64,000 bases of DNA, from assembly GCF_009914755.1 (NCBI RefSeq), contig NC_060932.1, one strand, 5' to 3'. Below the pieces are notes generated by a model. That model saw nothing but the letters and a program-made list of their open reading frames with translations, ran no database searches and had not been told where the DNA came from. The stretch comes from the human T2T-CHM13v2.0 reference genome, Homo sapiens. Below are positions 32,590 through 46,080 of this stretch, in pieces. The translations under genes and the position numbers were made by a program. Each line of letters starts with the position of its first letter. Position 1 is the stretch's first letter.

Positions 32590-33230
32590 CTTTTTTCAAA
32601 CTTATTCAAAAAACTTCAAAGCTATAGAAAATTTGAAATAGCATAGCAAACATTCATGCGTCCTTCACTTAATTTGACAGTTGTTAACATTTTTGCCACA
32701 TTTGTTTTTTTCTCTCTCTGTCCAAAATAATGAATATTGGCAAAATCATGTTTTAACCTAAAACACGTTTTCTTACACTGAACCATTTGAACTTAAGCTG
32801 CAAACATCATGACATTTCACCCCTACATACTTTAGCGTGTGCCTCCAAAGAGCCAGGGCATTCTTCTACATAAACTACAATACCATTATCACTCACAATA
32901 AATTTAACATGGTTGCAATAGCATTCTCTGTTATAAAGTCCATATGTAAAATTTCTCCAGTTCTCTTGATAATGTCTTTTATAACTTACTTGAGAGGAGA
33001 TAATCTGAATTCAGTCAAAGGTTATGGACCACACTTTGCATTTAGCTGTATGTCTTTTTATTCACCTTTCATCTAGAACAGTTCCTCAGCATGTGTCTTC
33101 TATGCACTGAAATTTTTGAAGAACCCATGTCAGTTGTTTAAATGTCCCACAATTTAAATTTCTTCCAATTGTTTTTCTTAACAACTAAATTTAGGTGAAA
33201 CGTATTTGTCAAGAGCACTACAAAGGTAAA
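32590..33230 (-). mobile_element. L1ME-type 3' fragment
   Basis: TGTTAACATTTTTGCCACATTTG, GAACCATTTGAACTTAAGCTGCAAACATCATGACATTTCACCCCT and CTACATAAACTACAATACCATTATCAC. Confidence 0.7.
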
Positions 33231-34349
33231 AGATAATGTAATGTCTGGCCATGAAAGATTACCTTCTGATAAAGAACTGTACCCAGACTCTGTCCCCGGA
33301 GTGTTCATTTTTCTATTAATAATTTGAATAAATTGCTGGGAAAGCACAGTCATTTGCTACTGTCACTGAAAATATGAAATCTTACAATTCATTTAAAATA
33401 ATTTGGTTTATTAGACTTTGGACCTGGATCCCTTAGCCATTTCACTTGTGTTACTTATAATGAAAATTTGGGGTATCTGAATACTTTGTGATTAAATTTC
33501 CTTCATCCAACCCACCCACCTTCTGACAGCTGATAGAATGACCAGACAAAAACTAAGGAGCTTCATGGCACCTTTGTCTTCAAAAGCTAACACTGATTTT
33601 TTTCTCCAAACATTATTAAATATATAGTATATTTATAATACCAACATTGCATCTTTGGAACATCCAGCAAAAAAAAAAAAAAAGCAGAAAATTAAAATTA
33701 TCTTTTTTTAAAAAAGATCTCCCAGTCCATTCCAGAGAGTGGAAGCTAAACAAAATTGTTTGCATTAAAATTTAAAAATAATTCTATAATTTAATAATAG
33801 TATTAAATAAACTAGTATAAATATATTTCATTATTGAAAAAAGTAGGGGGATACGTATTTGATAGAAAATAAACTCCAAAAAGTCTCAAAAATATACACA
33901 ATCTACGTATTCTCAACCCTCCTGGCAATTTATATGTGCAAATGGAGTTTTGCCATTTTTTTAGAACAAAAAATCAAGAGAGGATCCTTAATATTTCCTT
34001 TCTAATCCCATTCGTCATACATTATCCAGTGCTTGGTTCTGATTTGTAAATAGAAGACTACATTTGAAACACTTATGCCCAATAGGCCACTTACATTGAA
34101 TAAAATATGTGGATTTTGCATCCTGTTTAAAGCCTTTCTATGGAATGTAAAATAATATGCATTTATTCCTTGTCAACGCATCTAGTGTGGAGCTACCCCA
34201 AATGCCATTAAATTCATTTGCTTTTTAAGCATTTTAGAAATTTTTTGTTCTATTACAACTCATGAGCTTGGAATCTTTTATGTCATGATGCTTTGTAAAG
34301 TTTAAATCTTTATCCAAATGCTGGGATAAAAAGGGTGAGTATATTCAAA

Positions 34350-34530
34350 TGGACATGGGTTAAAAATTCCATCTTACATTTATTGGTTGCATTACCTTTG
34401 GCAAATCACTTAACCTCTCTGAGCCTTAATTTCCCTTATAAAATAAAGATGTACATGTTTAGAATTTAGGAGTAAATGTATGAAAAGTACACAACACAGA
34501 GAAGGTACTCAGTAAGATGCAACTATTTGT
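34350..34530 (+). mobile_element. MIR SINE
   Basis: CCTTTGGCAAATCACTTAACCTCTCTGAGCCTTAATTTCC matches the MIR core. Confidence 0.7.
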
Positions 34531-35354
34531 AATCTTTCAAAAATCATGACCACAGCCCTAATTTCATATACTAAGCTACTAATAACAGACTTGTTCAAAT
34601 AGGTATGTAACATACATATATTGTAACCTTTCTGAAAGGGCCTCCTTAGAAACTTATGGCTAATTTAGACACATATGTACACACAGAATTATACATACTG
34701 TGTATCAATAGGAAAATTTGCTTTAACTAAAGTTCTCCAATAATATAAGGAATGCAACTGACCTCAGGGAGAAAAAAAAAAACATACATTTACTTTGTTT
34801 TTCAGAATTCTGACATGCCTGTATTTGATGACCTATGAAAGAAATACAGGATGAAAAGCTAGAAAATGGAAGCTCTGCTTATGTCCTACAGCCCTGAATT
34901 TTGTCCAAGGTCACATGTACAATTTATCCTCTTAACATGCATATCAAACCCAAAGAGAGGAATTATCTAGAACATGGCAAAAGCCACCATTAATTCTGCA
35001 TAAGTAATGCAAAGCAGCAATCAATACTAATGTGTAAGAAGACCCTTCTTGAATTCAGTTAATGTGTTTTGTTGTCGCTGTTGTGTATCCTCATTTTTAA
35101 TTCAATTTTTAGTTTTACCTGCACCATTCAAAATAGTCAGGTTGTATTAAGTTTTTTACTTCTAATCTGGCTTAATATTTTTCTTTTAAAAGGAAGACAT
35201 AAGATTTTTTTACCATAGAGGAAATAAATGTTTTTAAATGTTTTCAAATGTTTTCCTTTTCCAACAGATCAATGTTATAATGAATAAAAATAGTAGCAGT
35301 ATAAAAGTAAAAAAATCTTACTTCGTGCAGCCTATATAGTAAATATATATTTCA

Positions 35355-35431
35355 GAGGAAGGAAGGAAGAAGGGAAGGAAGAAAGGAAGGAGGGAAGGAA
35401 GGAAGGAAGGAAGGAATGAAAGAAGGAAGGG
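35355..35431 (+). repeat. Interrupted (GGAA)n microsatellite
   Basis: Purine tract GAGGAAGGAAGGAAGAAGGGAAGG...GGAAGGAAGGAAGGAAGG seen directly. Confidence 0.9.
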
Positions 35432-38400
35432 TAAATTACAGCAATTTTTGAAATAAAATTGAAACTCTCCATGAGTGTTTAACTGCCATTTCCATACATC
35501 CCCTACAGCCAACTCTGAAATACAAATTTATAATAAAATAAAAATGCAGAGTATTCTTACATAGAAAAATTAAAAAATTTATGTCTTTTTACATAATTTT
35601 TAAATCAAAAGCTAATTCACTGCAAGAATAAGACTTTGTTCTCTGACTGTAAACTTATGAATCTCACTACTTTAGTTTATATTTGGAAAGAAAATAGCTT
35701 AGTTGATAGCCCTCTTTTATTATCTCTAATGTCAAATCTGCTAAACTTCCTACTGAGTGCAATTATATAAATTAAATAATTTTAATATAATTTTTCATGA
35801 TAGGAAAACATAAACCAATTAAAAATAGCACTAAGTTAACAACAGAACAAAGTTTCTATATTTTGTGGCATAATGCAGAGTATTATATATTAGATTACTA
35901 AAACAAAATATTTATAGCTGTGAAGAAGCAAGCCTTTAAAAGCTGCCATTTTTTTCTAAAACAAATGGTAAAATCTTTGCCTATAGTCAATATCACTCTA
36001 AAGTCTAAGTTAAAATTATTATGACTCACAGTATATATTCCAACCAAACATTATTATAATGGACTCTGTGAGTGATTATACAAAATACAAATTTATTGTT
36101 TAAAAATTACATTAATGGCATTAAAATGCAATAATAATTGCATTTTAAAATACATTTATTTATTCTGATGCCCAACTCAAAGGCCCTAATCACATTCTAG
36201 CTTCTTTCTTAATAAGACAAGTAGGTTTGAACTAGAGATAATTCATGTGATTTAAAAAATTTTAAAAACTGAACATCCTAAAGTAAGTACATAAAAGAAT
36301 TTTCTTAAAATACTTTTTCTCCTCTAACCTCTTTCTCCACTTAATTTTTCCAAGATGGAGAGGAAAAATGTTTACATTATCATCTCCTATAACCATAAAA
36401 ATTCACCAACTTGTAGCCTTTTGAAATAGCATGGTTTCCTATGATTGTCATTTTTTGTGCTTTTGTGTTTTACAGAAGAAATCCCCTCTGGTCCTAAAGT
36501 CTATAATGCCCACACTCATTCGTGGACAATTTCCTCATTACAGAGCCTGGTGCAAATTAAATCATCTGAACAGAGGTGGAATACTGACCCAAACCCATCA
36601 AAATTTTCATGAAAAGCAGATAATCAGATTCCAGGCTACTTTTGTGGGGCTTTCATGGAAATTCCTTTTAACAAAAAGTGATATAAAAATGATATTCACA
36701 CAGCAAGGATAAGAACAGCAACTAAAGGTTTGAAAAGCCCACCAGGAGAGAAAATTCACCTCACTTATAATAAATCAACTGCTATATATTTTTCTATGTT
36801 TAGTACCCAAAAAGAAGATGATATGAATCCATTTTCTGTTCAGATTCTTTTTAATTCTATAGATAAAAACTATCCTACTGTTTCCAAATGCTGTTTTATT
36901 TTAATGGTAAAAATAGCCACCAAAAAGATGGGGTTTCACTGTGAATCTCTTACCAAGTACACATTATTGCAAAGTATAAAATACATCCATATACTTTTTG
37001 AAAGTAACTAATTGCTAACTTAGTTATTTTAAACCTAAAATATATTCGTATCATTAGTTACATTACCAATATTCCCTCAGTATAGTAAAACATCAAGTAC
37101 CAAAATAGCATCAAAGAATTCCATGATTAAACTGGAATTTATGCACATGACATTTCTAAAGCAATATAGCTCTCATAATGAACACCAACAAACTGAGTTT
37201 GTTTGGCCAACTACTAACCTGCCTAATTTCAAGTTCTTACTTCTTAAAAGCATGATACAGATTATTCATACACTCATAAAATACCACAAAGAAAGAGGCT
37301 TTTGACAGGCTAATCAAATTGACTCATAATAATCCTTCTATTTGGGAAGATGGGAAAATTATGATAAAAGATCTTAAAACAAGGTTCTGATATTTAATGG
37401 TATCTTCTACTTGTATTAATTGCTCTAAACAGAAACTTTAAAAAGAAATGAAGTTATGTCATCCATCCATTATTCCATAACTGTCAAAGTATTAATCTAT
37501 TTTGTAGCTTGGCTTTTTTCTTGAATATTTAAAAATTCTTATTTAAAACAGTTAACTAACAAAATATATTAATGGTCTTATTTTATTATTTTAGAAAAGA
37601 ATGACCCATATTGACACTTCAGAAAATTTTTGATAAATATAATATTATAGAAATCTTACAAAATATATTTTTACTTGAGATGTTGACTGTAGTATTGTGA
37701 AGTTAGTTCTCTAATATGGGAATTCCTTCTTTTAGCAAGAGTAACAGCCATTTTGGTTTTACTCTCATGCTCACTCACTCACTTCATTCACAAACGTATT
37801 TATCATTTCTGAATGGCAAAGGTGTGCTTTCTAATTTTTGCAGACTTGCAATAAAAATTAAAAGCTATTAATATAAAAGTCAAATTCTTACTTTATAATA
37901 TTTTTAAAGACTTTGTGATAATCTAAACTTACAACTCCTAACATTAACCAGTATTTACCTTTTAATTCTTAACTACTTACAGGCTTTAACCCATTTTTAA
38001 AAGTGAAATGATTACATCACTATTTTGGATTATCCCAAATCATAATTATTAATAGCTAGGTTTTACTTTATTCTTATAATATACCTTATCTGCTAGCTGC
38101 AGCTGTTTTTCTAAATTGAAAGAAAATACTGATTATTAATTATAGCATTGTATCTCACTCACATATGTGAACTTTCTGACTACTTATCATTCTGTGTTAA
38201 AGTAGCTAATGGTTTTCAATATGTTTAAATGTATGTACTCTAAGAGTTACAGTAAAAAAGTTATAAAATTATGGTATTTTAACAATTCCCTAAGTTTAAA
38301 GCTAAATCTTCCCTCACAGTTAATCAATGTTTGTAAATCAATTTTTAGTACTCCTAAGGAGCAGGAGGCAACTGGAAAATTGAAAATATGAGACAAAACT

Positions 38401-41400
38401 TTAAAGTAAGTTAGGTTAAAAAGAATGTGTTGTGTTGTGTTGGATGTCTTGAACCATGTCACTTATTGACCATGAACATTAGGTATCTTTCTTTCCTGGT
38501 GTGTCAGCAAAGCCACACACATTCTTTCTTGCTACAAATCTGTAAATCTGGAAAGGAGTAAAGAACATGAATAGAAAATCTCTTTATAGAATAAAAAAGC
38601 CTGCGGTGTTATTAAGGAGAACTGTAAGCCCTATTCTATTCATAGTAATTACAGGATCAGATCAGGTTAATGTGGGGACCTCGGTCAATAAAGTACTGTG
38701 GGTTCACCGCTTTAATCTCTTTCAGTCCTATAGTCTGCAGTGTTAACTGCTCTGCTTGACTCACCAAATCACTATAGGTAACATGGATGTCATGGGAATT
38801 TTTGGCATAGCAGAAATTTATATATTCAGCCAGTCACAAGTTTCAGAAGATGAGAAAAACTAATTTCTCTGAACAATTTGAAAGTTTTTTTCTCTTTCAA
38901 CTGAAATAATAAAGGTCAAATGTCATTTCCAGGTAACGCCATTTTTAGTCCTTTTTTCACAATAAAACCTGTTTCCTTATTAAATTTTTCATCCACCCAT
39001 TATTCACAGAAGATATTACACAATCTTGATAAACATATAAATGAGATCTAAAACAGATTAGAATTTGGCCTTGTGCACCTTGAGATAATCCTTTTGGGTT
39101 TTTTCCTACAATTTTCTCTAAAATTTCTGTGGAGGATGAATAACCAAAAATTTAAAGCTTGATATCTCATGCATGCTTAGAAATGATTTGGTAGGCTTTT
39201 CTTTTGCAAGTGTTTTTCAGGTTACATTTCTCTCCTGAAATTGTAAAAATTTTCTGCCAATAAAGGAATCAAAATCCTTTGTTATAAAGTATTTAAAATT
39301 ATGATTTGTTAGGGTTATGACATTTTGTGGGTTTTCTTTTTTCATTTTTTAATGGTATTGGGGGTTTGGCACCAAGAACATCTTACTCTTGAAAAAAATT
39401 AAAGGACTTTATGCTAAATTTACAGTTCTTTAAATACTTGTCTCATTGCACAGTGATCCATGTAATAATGTACATTTAAAAATTTAAAGACACTAAAAAT
39501 TTTTAAATGCAGTTACTCCTTTGATTTTAATGTGAATGTAGCTATGAATGAAATATACTCACTCTAGGTCATTAGTCTTTAACGATTCTTTTTCTTCTTC
39601 AGCATTTTGGTAACTCCTTTTTCTACTGTTTCCATCTTAAATTATCAGTTAGTATAAAACAGCTTATATTCGAAACTTGAAAGTACTAGACCTTGGGAGT
39701 AACCTATATGAAAGGTAAAGTAACCTTGAAAAGTAACCTTTAAAATAACCTTGAAAAGTAAAGGCAAGAGAATAGGTGCACCTGTGATTTTATCAACTCC
39801 TGCACTTCAGCTCTTGTGTATGTCACACTTCTCTTCATATCTCCTTTCAACTAGGAAGAGTGTTGATGAACAAAACAGAGAACCACAATGAATGGGGATT
39901 TGTCAAAAATACCCCAAGAAGGTATTAAGTTATTGTTGTTAGAATGGAATAGTCCATTCTGGACTCTGGTCACTTATGTTTTCACTACTCAATCACTTCG
40001 CTTTTGTACGGATTGCTAGATAACTATGTCCAGTATGTGTATATAAGTACTTATAACACCAATATTAAAACAGACATGCTACTTGTCTTCTTCTCCATGC
40101 TAGTAAGCAGCACCTTGAAGGTAGACACTGTGGCCTCTCTTTTTCTTGAAAGTTATTGTGTACTTATTGATTTGAATAATAGTTATTATACTCTATGGAT
40201 TTCTCCTCAAAATTTGAAGAGGTAAGTATTTTGTGAATTTTAAATATTATCGCTCAATATGAGTAATTTAACTGATGAGCACGAAATAGTATAACGAAAG
40301 TATAAATTGCTTTTTCTAAATTTATGAAACTTTTTGGAAGAACTGACCATTTGATATAACAACACCAAGAATAGTGTATTTCAAAGCAGAGATCATCCCA
40401 AGAAAGTTTTTAAAGATGGGTAACAAAAAAAAAAAAAAAAAGAAACCCACAAACCTACCAAATATGCTAGTAATTGAATGATGTGAACTCTGGTAAGCGC
40501 CGGTGTGCAATATGGCAAAAACGAATCAATCAGTTCAGCTTAGTTCAGCCTCTGCAACTGGCCATCTGGCACAAAATCAACCGAATGTATCCCTGCATAT
40601 TCATCTTCATTTTCACAAATGCTCAAGAGAATGTCATTCTAGGGCAAAATAAAATTAAATCACCATAATTTTTAAGACATCTTTCCTTTCATACCCTCTT
40701 GAGAATACTGTGTTTATATGTGAATACTTATTGTTATAGAGTTGTTGTATAATTTTTAGTTGAATGTATTCTTTCTTTTCTAAATGTTAAAGGACATTTA
40801 ATTATGAAATATTCAATTTTTCAAATAAAATTATTTTAGAGAGAGAAACGTCTATAAATAGGTCAGTGTACTTTTAGTTGAGTCAATAGTAGATCAAGAG
40901 ACCTTAGTTACTTTCACAGACCATAATAATTTCAGAATTGAACTAAAATGAAGTTGGCCTAACATATGATTAGTTAGTGTTCAACATGATCAAAATACAT
41001 TAGCTCACATGTCAATTTCTATTTGCATAAAATCAGAAACTAAAATTTCATTTGATCAAATAAAATTTTACATAATAATCATATTATTACATAAAATTAA
41101 TCAACCAAACACTTTATCAAATCCTGAACAGATAAGGCTAAGTGCTACTTACTGCATCATTTTTGTAATAATTTTGTAATTCTATTAAATGTTTGCTTTT
41201 CAAATGGAAGCTAGCAAACAGTTTGCATTTGGACTCCTTTGGTAATGTAGAATTAAAATAGCAGAGTAAACCTCATACTCTACTTTTAAGTGTAATACTG
41301 AGTAAAGTACTGGATCAAGTTTATTGATGAATTTAGCCATTTAATTTTGTCCTAAAATGTTTTGTTTAAATGAAGTAAATGAATGTTAATTAACACATCA

Positions 41401-42384
41401 AAACATACTAAACAAGTCAAAGTTTTAAGTAACTTTGTTTCCCAAATCATGTTTGTAAATATAACAGACCTATACAAAACATTTAATTTTGAAAGGGTTG
41501 TGTTTAAATTCTACTCACTATAATTTTGTTCGTCAAAATAAAACATTGTGGGAAGTATTTAATTTTCAAAGAATGGGAGGTAATCGATTTCTTCTTTGAG
41601 CTTTGCTCTTTTCTACATTATAAAAAAGTTTAAGTTGCAAATAATTCATTCTGTATTTGAGAAGTTTGTTAGCAAATAATATCTAAACTCAATGTATTAT
41701 TAGATAATGTTTCTTTTGAGAATTATATACTGATCTACATCAGTCATGGTACTTTTTTCAATTTTTTTATCCTACACCCTTTTCCGTTTTAAAGGTACCT
41801 TGGCAATGTTTCCTCAAACAATTTCAGAGCAGAGCCAGCTAATGGCTTAGAATTGTTTCTATAGATCTTGGTTTGCATTTCTGTGTGTGTGTGGCCTTTA
41901 AGAGATGTTACAGTTTGCTGTTTTGTAAATTGATTCACAGTTTGAAAGCATTCTTTTGTTACTAAAACACACATGCAAAGTGGGGACTCTTTCCAGGCAA
42001 AATGCACCATCATATTGAATGGACAAAAACTTGGAACCACAATCACTATTAAGAATCCTGGACTCGTCATCCTCAATCTGCTCACGTTGGAAAAAATCAG
42101 AGTCAAGTTTACTGTGGCTCATTTTTCTGTTGCATCATCTATTTAGAAATATTGCCAAGTACATGCAAATATAAAATAAAATTAAATTGGCTATAAAAGA
42201 TTTTGCATTTATTTATCTAGTTGTGAATCACTGTGCCCATATTAATGGAATCTTTTTAAGATTTGAAACTTTGAGTTCATAAACCTTACAAGTTTTAGTC
42301 TCTGAACATTAAGTTTTTATCCTACCAAAATTCAGTAAATATTGATGAATAGCTTACATGTATGTATTTTATTTATATTTCTTT

Positions 42385-42580
42385 TAAACAATATAAACAT
42401 TCATTCTCTGACTTAATCTTCACAATAACTTGCAAAAGAGTAAGTGCTTTTCCCCTCATTTAAAAAGCAAAGATATATTCACAGAAGTTACCCAGCTTGT
42501 TCAAAGTCATTTTCTAGTTAGTGGGGGAGCTCAATTTACAATGAGCATATCCAGACTGTCAGAATTTCCATTGTACCACA
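42385..42580 (-). mobile_element. MIR SINE
   Basis: TTAATCTTCACAATAAC...CCCCTCATTT...GAAGTTACCCAGCTTGTTCAAAGTCA...CTAGTTAGTGG. Confidence 0.6.
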
Positions 42581-43763
42581 CTCCTGACTGTTTCTGTGAG
42601 GCCAGCCCCACAGATGAGCTTATTAAGTCCCCATGTCCTTGTTTATCCACCAGCTTTCTATGCACATCTCTGAGCTGGCTGTAGCATGAACGCACTATCA
42701 TCCAGAGTCCTCTTGCCATTCAATTACCACCACAAGTACTTCCAGCCTTTTATAACCAATGTTTTTGAAAAACTTTAAAGGTACTACTTTCTTTCTCTAA
42801 TACAGTCACTGCTCACGCCTGTCAATCTGGCATCCGTCTGCAATCTTAGCCTGGTGGAGCCACTCTCCTCCCTGAGCTCTTTTAGCATCATCGGCACACC
42901 TTTTTGGGACATATCTGCTGTGTCCCCCACCAGACTGAGCCCTTCAAGATACAGATCCCACCCTCTTAACTTCTGCATAGTGCCTAGCTTAACTTAGCAC
43001 AGTGCCTAGCCCATCACACACCTTAACAGATATTTGTTGAATAAAGAAATGAGTACGATCATTGCAATAAGCTGAAAACGACATTATTTTAAGGAAGGAA
43101 CTGCCTTGGTAAAATAGCTCAATAAAGTAAGGTAAAAGTGAGACCTGAATGTGTGGATTACACAGCAAAAGCCAAGGCAACAAGGTTAGAGAATGGCCCA
43201 AAATGAGGAGAAACTTGGCTTTTACAAGAGAAACGGAGAAAGAATGAGTAGAGGAAAGGAGCGTAGAAAAGTCAGTGATCGTTGCCACTGACATGGGCCT
43301 ACTAGAGACCCCTGCCGGTGGCAGGTTCCATTGGAAGCTGTTTGAACTGCTAGAACCTAAAACCCTCCATCTCTCCCACTGAACCCTCCCACCCCTTGTT
43401 TCAGTAAACTTTCCCACACTCACCATTATTACATATAAGGCTCTTTGAAATTGCTAAAGGATCTGACTTTCTTATCTGGGCTTACTTGTTGCAGAAAAGA
43501 ACTAAAAGTCACAAGAACTGGGGATAAAGTACTCATGAGAGCAAAAGCCTACCAGAAATTTAATAGAAATTCCAGCTCAGCTTTAATTTTCTAGTAAAAC
43601 ACACATATGGGTTTAAGTCAATCTTAGATAGATGTTAAGATTAGAAACCCTAGCTGATATACAGATTTCATAATAAATGAATAAACAAAGTCAGTCAATA
43701 TAAATAGAAAGGGAGGAATTTAATTTACTATTCACACAAACATTCATTCATTCAGTAAACTTT

Positions 43764-44254
43764 TGATGAAGTTCAGGACCTACTGCCCCAAAATGTGACT
43801 CCTTGGCATTTAAGAACATAGCAGAAGCAGAAAGTTCTCTCTGCCCTTTTCCAAGCCCTTCTCCCCTAAAGCAGGACACGATTCTCTGATCTTCCTCTAG
43901 AGTTGGTCAAAAAACTTTCGTTTCAGAGGTGCCCACCCTGTACCTGGAGGGAAGGAGCATCCTCATCTCTGAAGAAACAGAGACACACAGAAGCATCTGA
44001 ACAAGTAGGCCTTGCCAAGTCTCCCCCAGTTTATTACCACTGGGAACAGTTTGTCTTCTAATTATACTTCTGCATGACTGTCCATAAAAGTACACAGTTT
44101 TCCCTGTTTCTTTGGGTCTTCATTTCTGAAGACTCCAATGTCAGGTAAAACATATTAAATAAATGTGTATGTTTTTTTCTTGTTAATCTTTCTTTTATTG
44201 TCGGTGTCTCAGGCATGAACCTTGCACTGGATGAGAAATCTTTTCTCCCCTACA
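43764..44254 (+). mobile_element. Solo ERV1-class LTR (MER31-like)
   Basis: TG...CA termini with a 4-bp TSD CTTT (43760-43763, 44255-44258) and internal AATAAA near 44158. It sits inside an L2 tail. Family name recalled from memory. Confidence 0.8.
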
Positions 44255-44258
44255 CTTT

Positions 44259-46080
44259 CAATAAGCATCGGTGTATTCCAGTAGATAGAAATATAGCTGC
44301 AAAACAAACATGGCTCACTCCATAAAAGCTGGCAGTATAGGGGAAATATAGATGAGCTCTGCTAGATGCTGAAATGAAAGTACAGGATGTTATGGAAGCA
44401 TATAAGAATAGCACCTAAATCTGACTCAAGTTATTAGGAAAGACTTTTTTGTAAATGACGTCTAAGCTCAAAACTAAAAGCTCAAGTCAAGGGATTAGTA
44501 AGAATATTTCAGGCAGAGGAAACAGCATATGTGAAGTCCCAGAAACGAGAAGGAACCTGGCATATTGAGGCTTCAGAAGTAGGGCTACAGGGCTGGATCC
44601 TAGAGAGAGAGCTCAAACTGGTGAGAGATAAAATTGGAGTGATAAGCAAGGGATAAGTGGTGAAGGACTCATAAGCTGTGTTAAAGAGCATGAGCTTTAT
44701 TTTAAAGGCAATGTGGAGTCACTAAAAAGTTTTAAGTGCGAGTGTACATTATTAGATGGCCGAGAAATATTACTCTGGAGTGTAGAGATAGGATTGGAGG
44801 GAGGCAAACTGGAGGTGAATAATTCAGTTGGATTAATTAGTTATCCAAGTGAGAGGGGGAGTGCTGAGTGAAGGAGGGAAGGAATGATGTGCATTGAGAG
44901 AATTTGAATGATTTGAGGGATATTTAGAGGCAATATCCATAGCATTGGGTGACTGACTGAATATGTACATGGGAATGGTGAAAGATGCATCCAAAATGAT
45001 GCACAAGGCTGGAAACTATATGCTGTGCCTCACTGCTAGAAATCTCAGGAAAAGAAGCATATTGGACAGTGGGGGAAAATCATCATTTGTTTGAAGATAC
45101 ATCAAATTTGATGTTTATGTGAGAAATGCAAATGGAGGTCTCCAGAAAACAGTTGGATACAAATGGAAGCTCAGAGGAGAGATCCGGATATAGATTTATA
45201 TTCAGATATAGATCTGGATATAAATTATATTATAGGCAAAGAGTTATAAGCAGGTAAATAGTGCTTCAAGGCCAAATAGTGAATAAGGTCATTAAGGGAA
45301 CATGTGACAGGGCCTTGGCCTCATCTCTGAGGAAAACACTTGAGGGAAAGGCAGAGAAAAAGGAGCTAGCAAACCAGTCTGATTTAAAAATCCAAAGGGG
45401 TCAGAGGAAAATCAGGAGAGAGAATTGTCCAGGGAGCAAAGAAAAAAGTTTCTTAAGAATAAAGAAGTGATCTACAATTCCAAACGTCACTCGGAGTTCA
45501 ATAACATTAATCCTGAATGGTATCCATAGGGTTTTTCTACAAAGGAGGTGTTACTGGCTTTTCTGAAAGAGTTTCAATGGCAGAGTTAGTTAGGCTGGAA
45601 AACAATTCAGCATATTGAAGAGTGAAAGGAAGATGAAGGTGCGAAAATAACAGGAGTATGTGACATTTAAAGGATGCTTAGCTATGATAAGGAAAGCATA
45701 AGCTAGAAGGAATGTGAAGATTTTTAATATATGAGAGATTTGAACCTGTATCAATGCTAATAGGAAGAAGCTAGTAGAGTAGGAAGAAGCTAGTAGAGAA
45801 GGAAGACAGAAGAGAGATCATTAATAATATAGAGATCCTCCTACTTAGGTAAGAAAAACACAAAAACAGGGATAAGAGGAACTCAGAAACGGGAAAAGCC
45901 TTTATATAGTAACAAAAGCAGAGGGTTGGGGGAAGAGAATGAGGACATTCCTGCCCAAAGATCTCTAATTTTTCTGTGGAACAGGAACCAGTGACCATCT
46001 GCTAAGGTGAGGGATGGCAGAGAAGAGGATACAATGGGGATTGGTGGGGTTAAAATTTTAAAGAATGCTGACATGAAGTA
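44259..46080 (-). mobile_element. L2 LINE (long degraded copy; its (TTCA)n tail is at ~43740)
   Basis: Purine-rich reverse L2 motifs (TAAAGGCAATGTGGAGTCACTAAAAAGTTTTAAG, CAGTTGGATACAAATGGAAGCTCAGAGGAGAGATC). Confidence 0.75.

Noticed and set aside
35355-35431. GGAA tract as an EWSR1-FLI1 neo-enhancer
   Set aside because: The tract is interrupted, with only about six consecutive GGAA units, and nothing else supports it.
36121-36148. Perfect 12-bp hairpin TTAAAATGCAAT-AATA-ATTGCATTTTAA, and a similar small stem at ~11165-11187
   Set aside because: Too short and AT-rich to suggest a miRNA or structured RNA; such stems can arise by chance or local repair.
45761-45798. 2 x 19-bp tandem duplication TAGGAAGAAGCTAGTAGAG, and GATATGAGA repeats at ~58412-58460
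   Set aside because: Real, but ordinary slippage events inside decayed L2 sequence.
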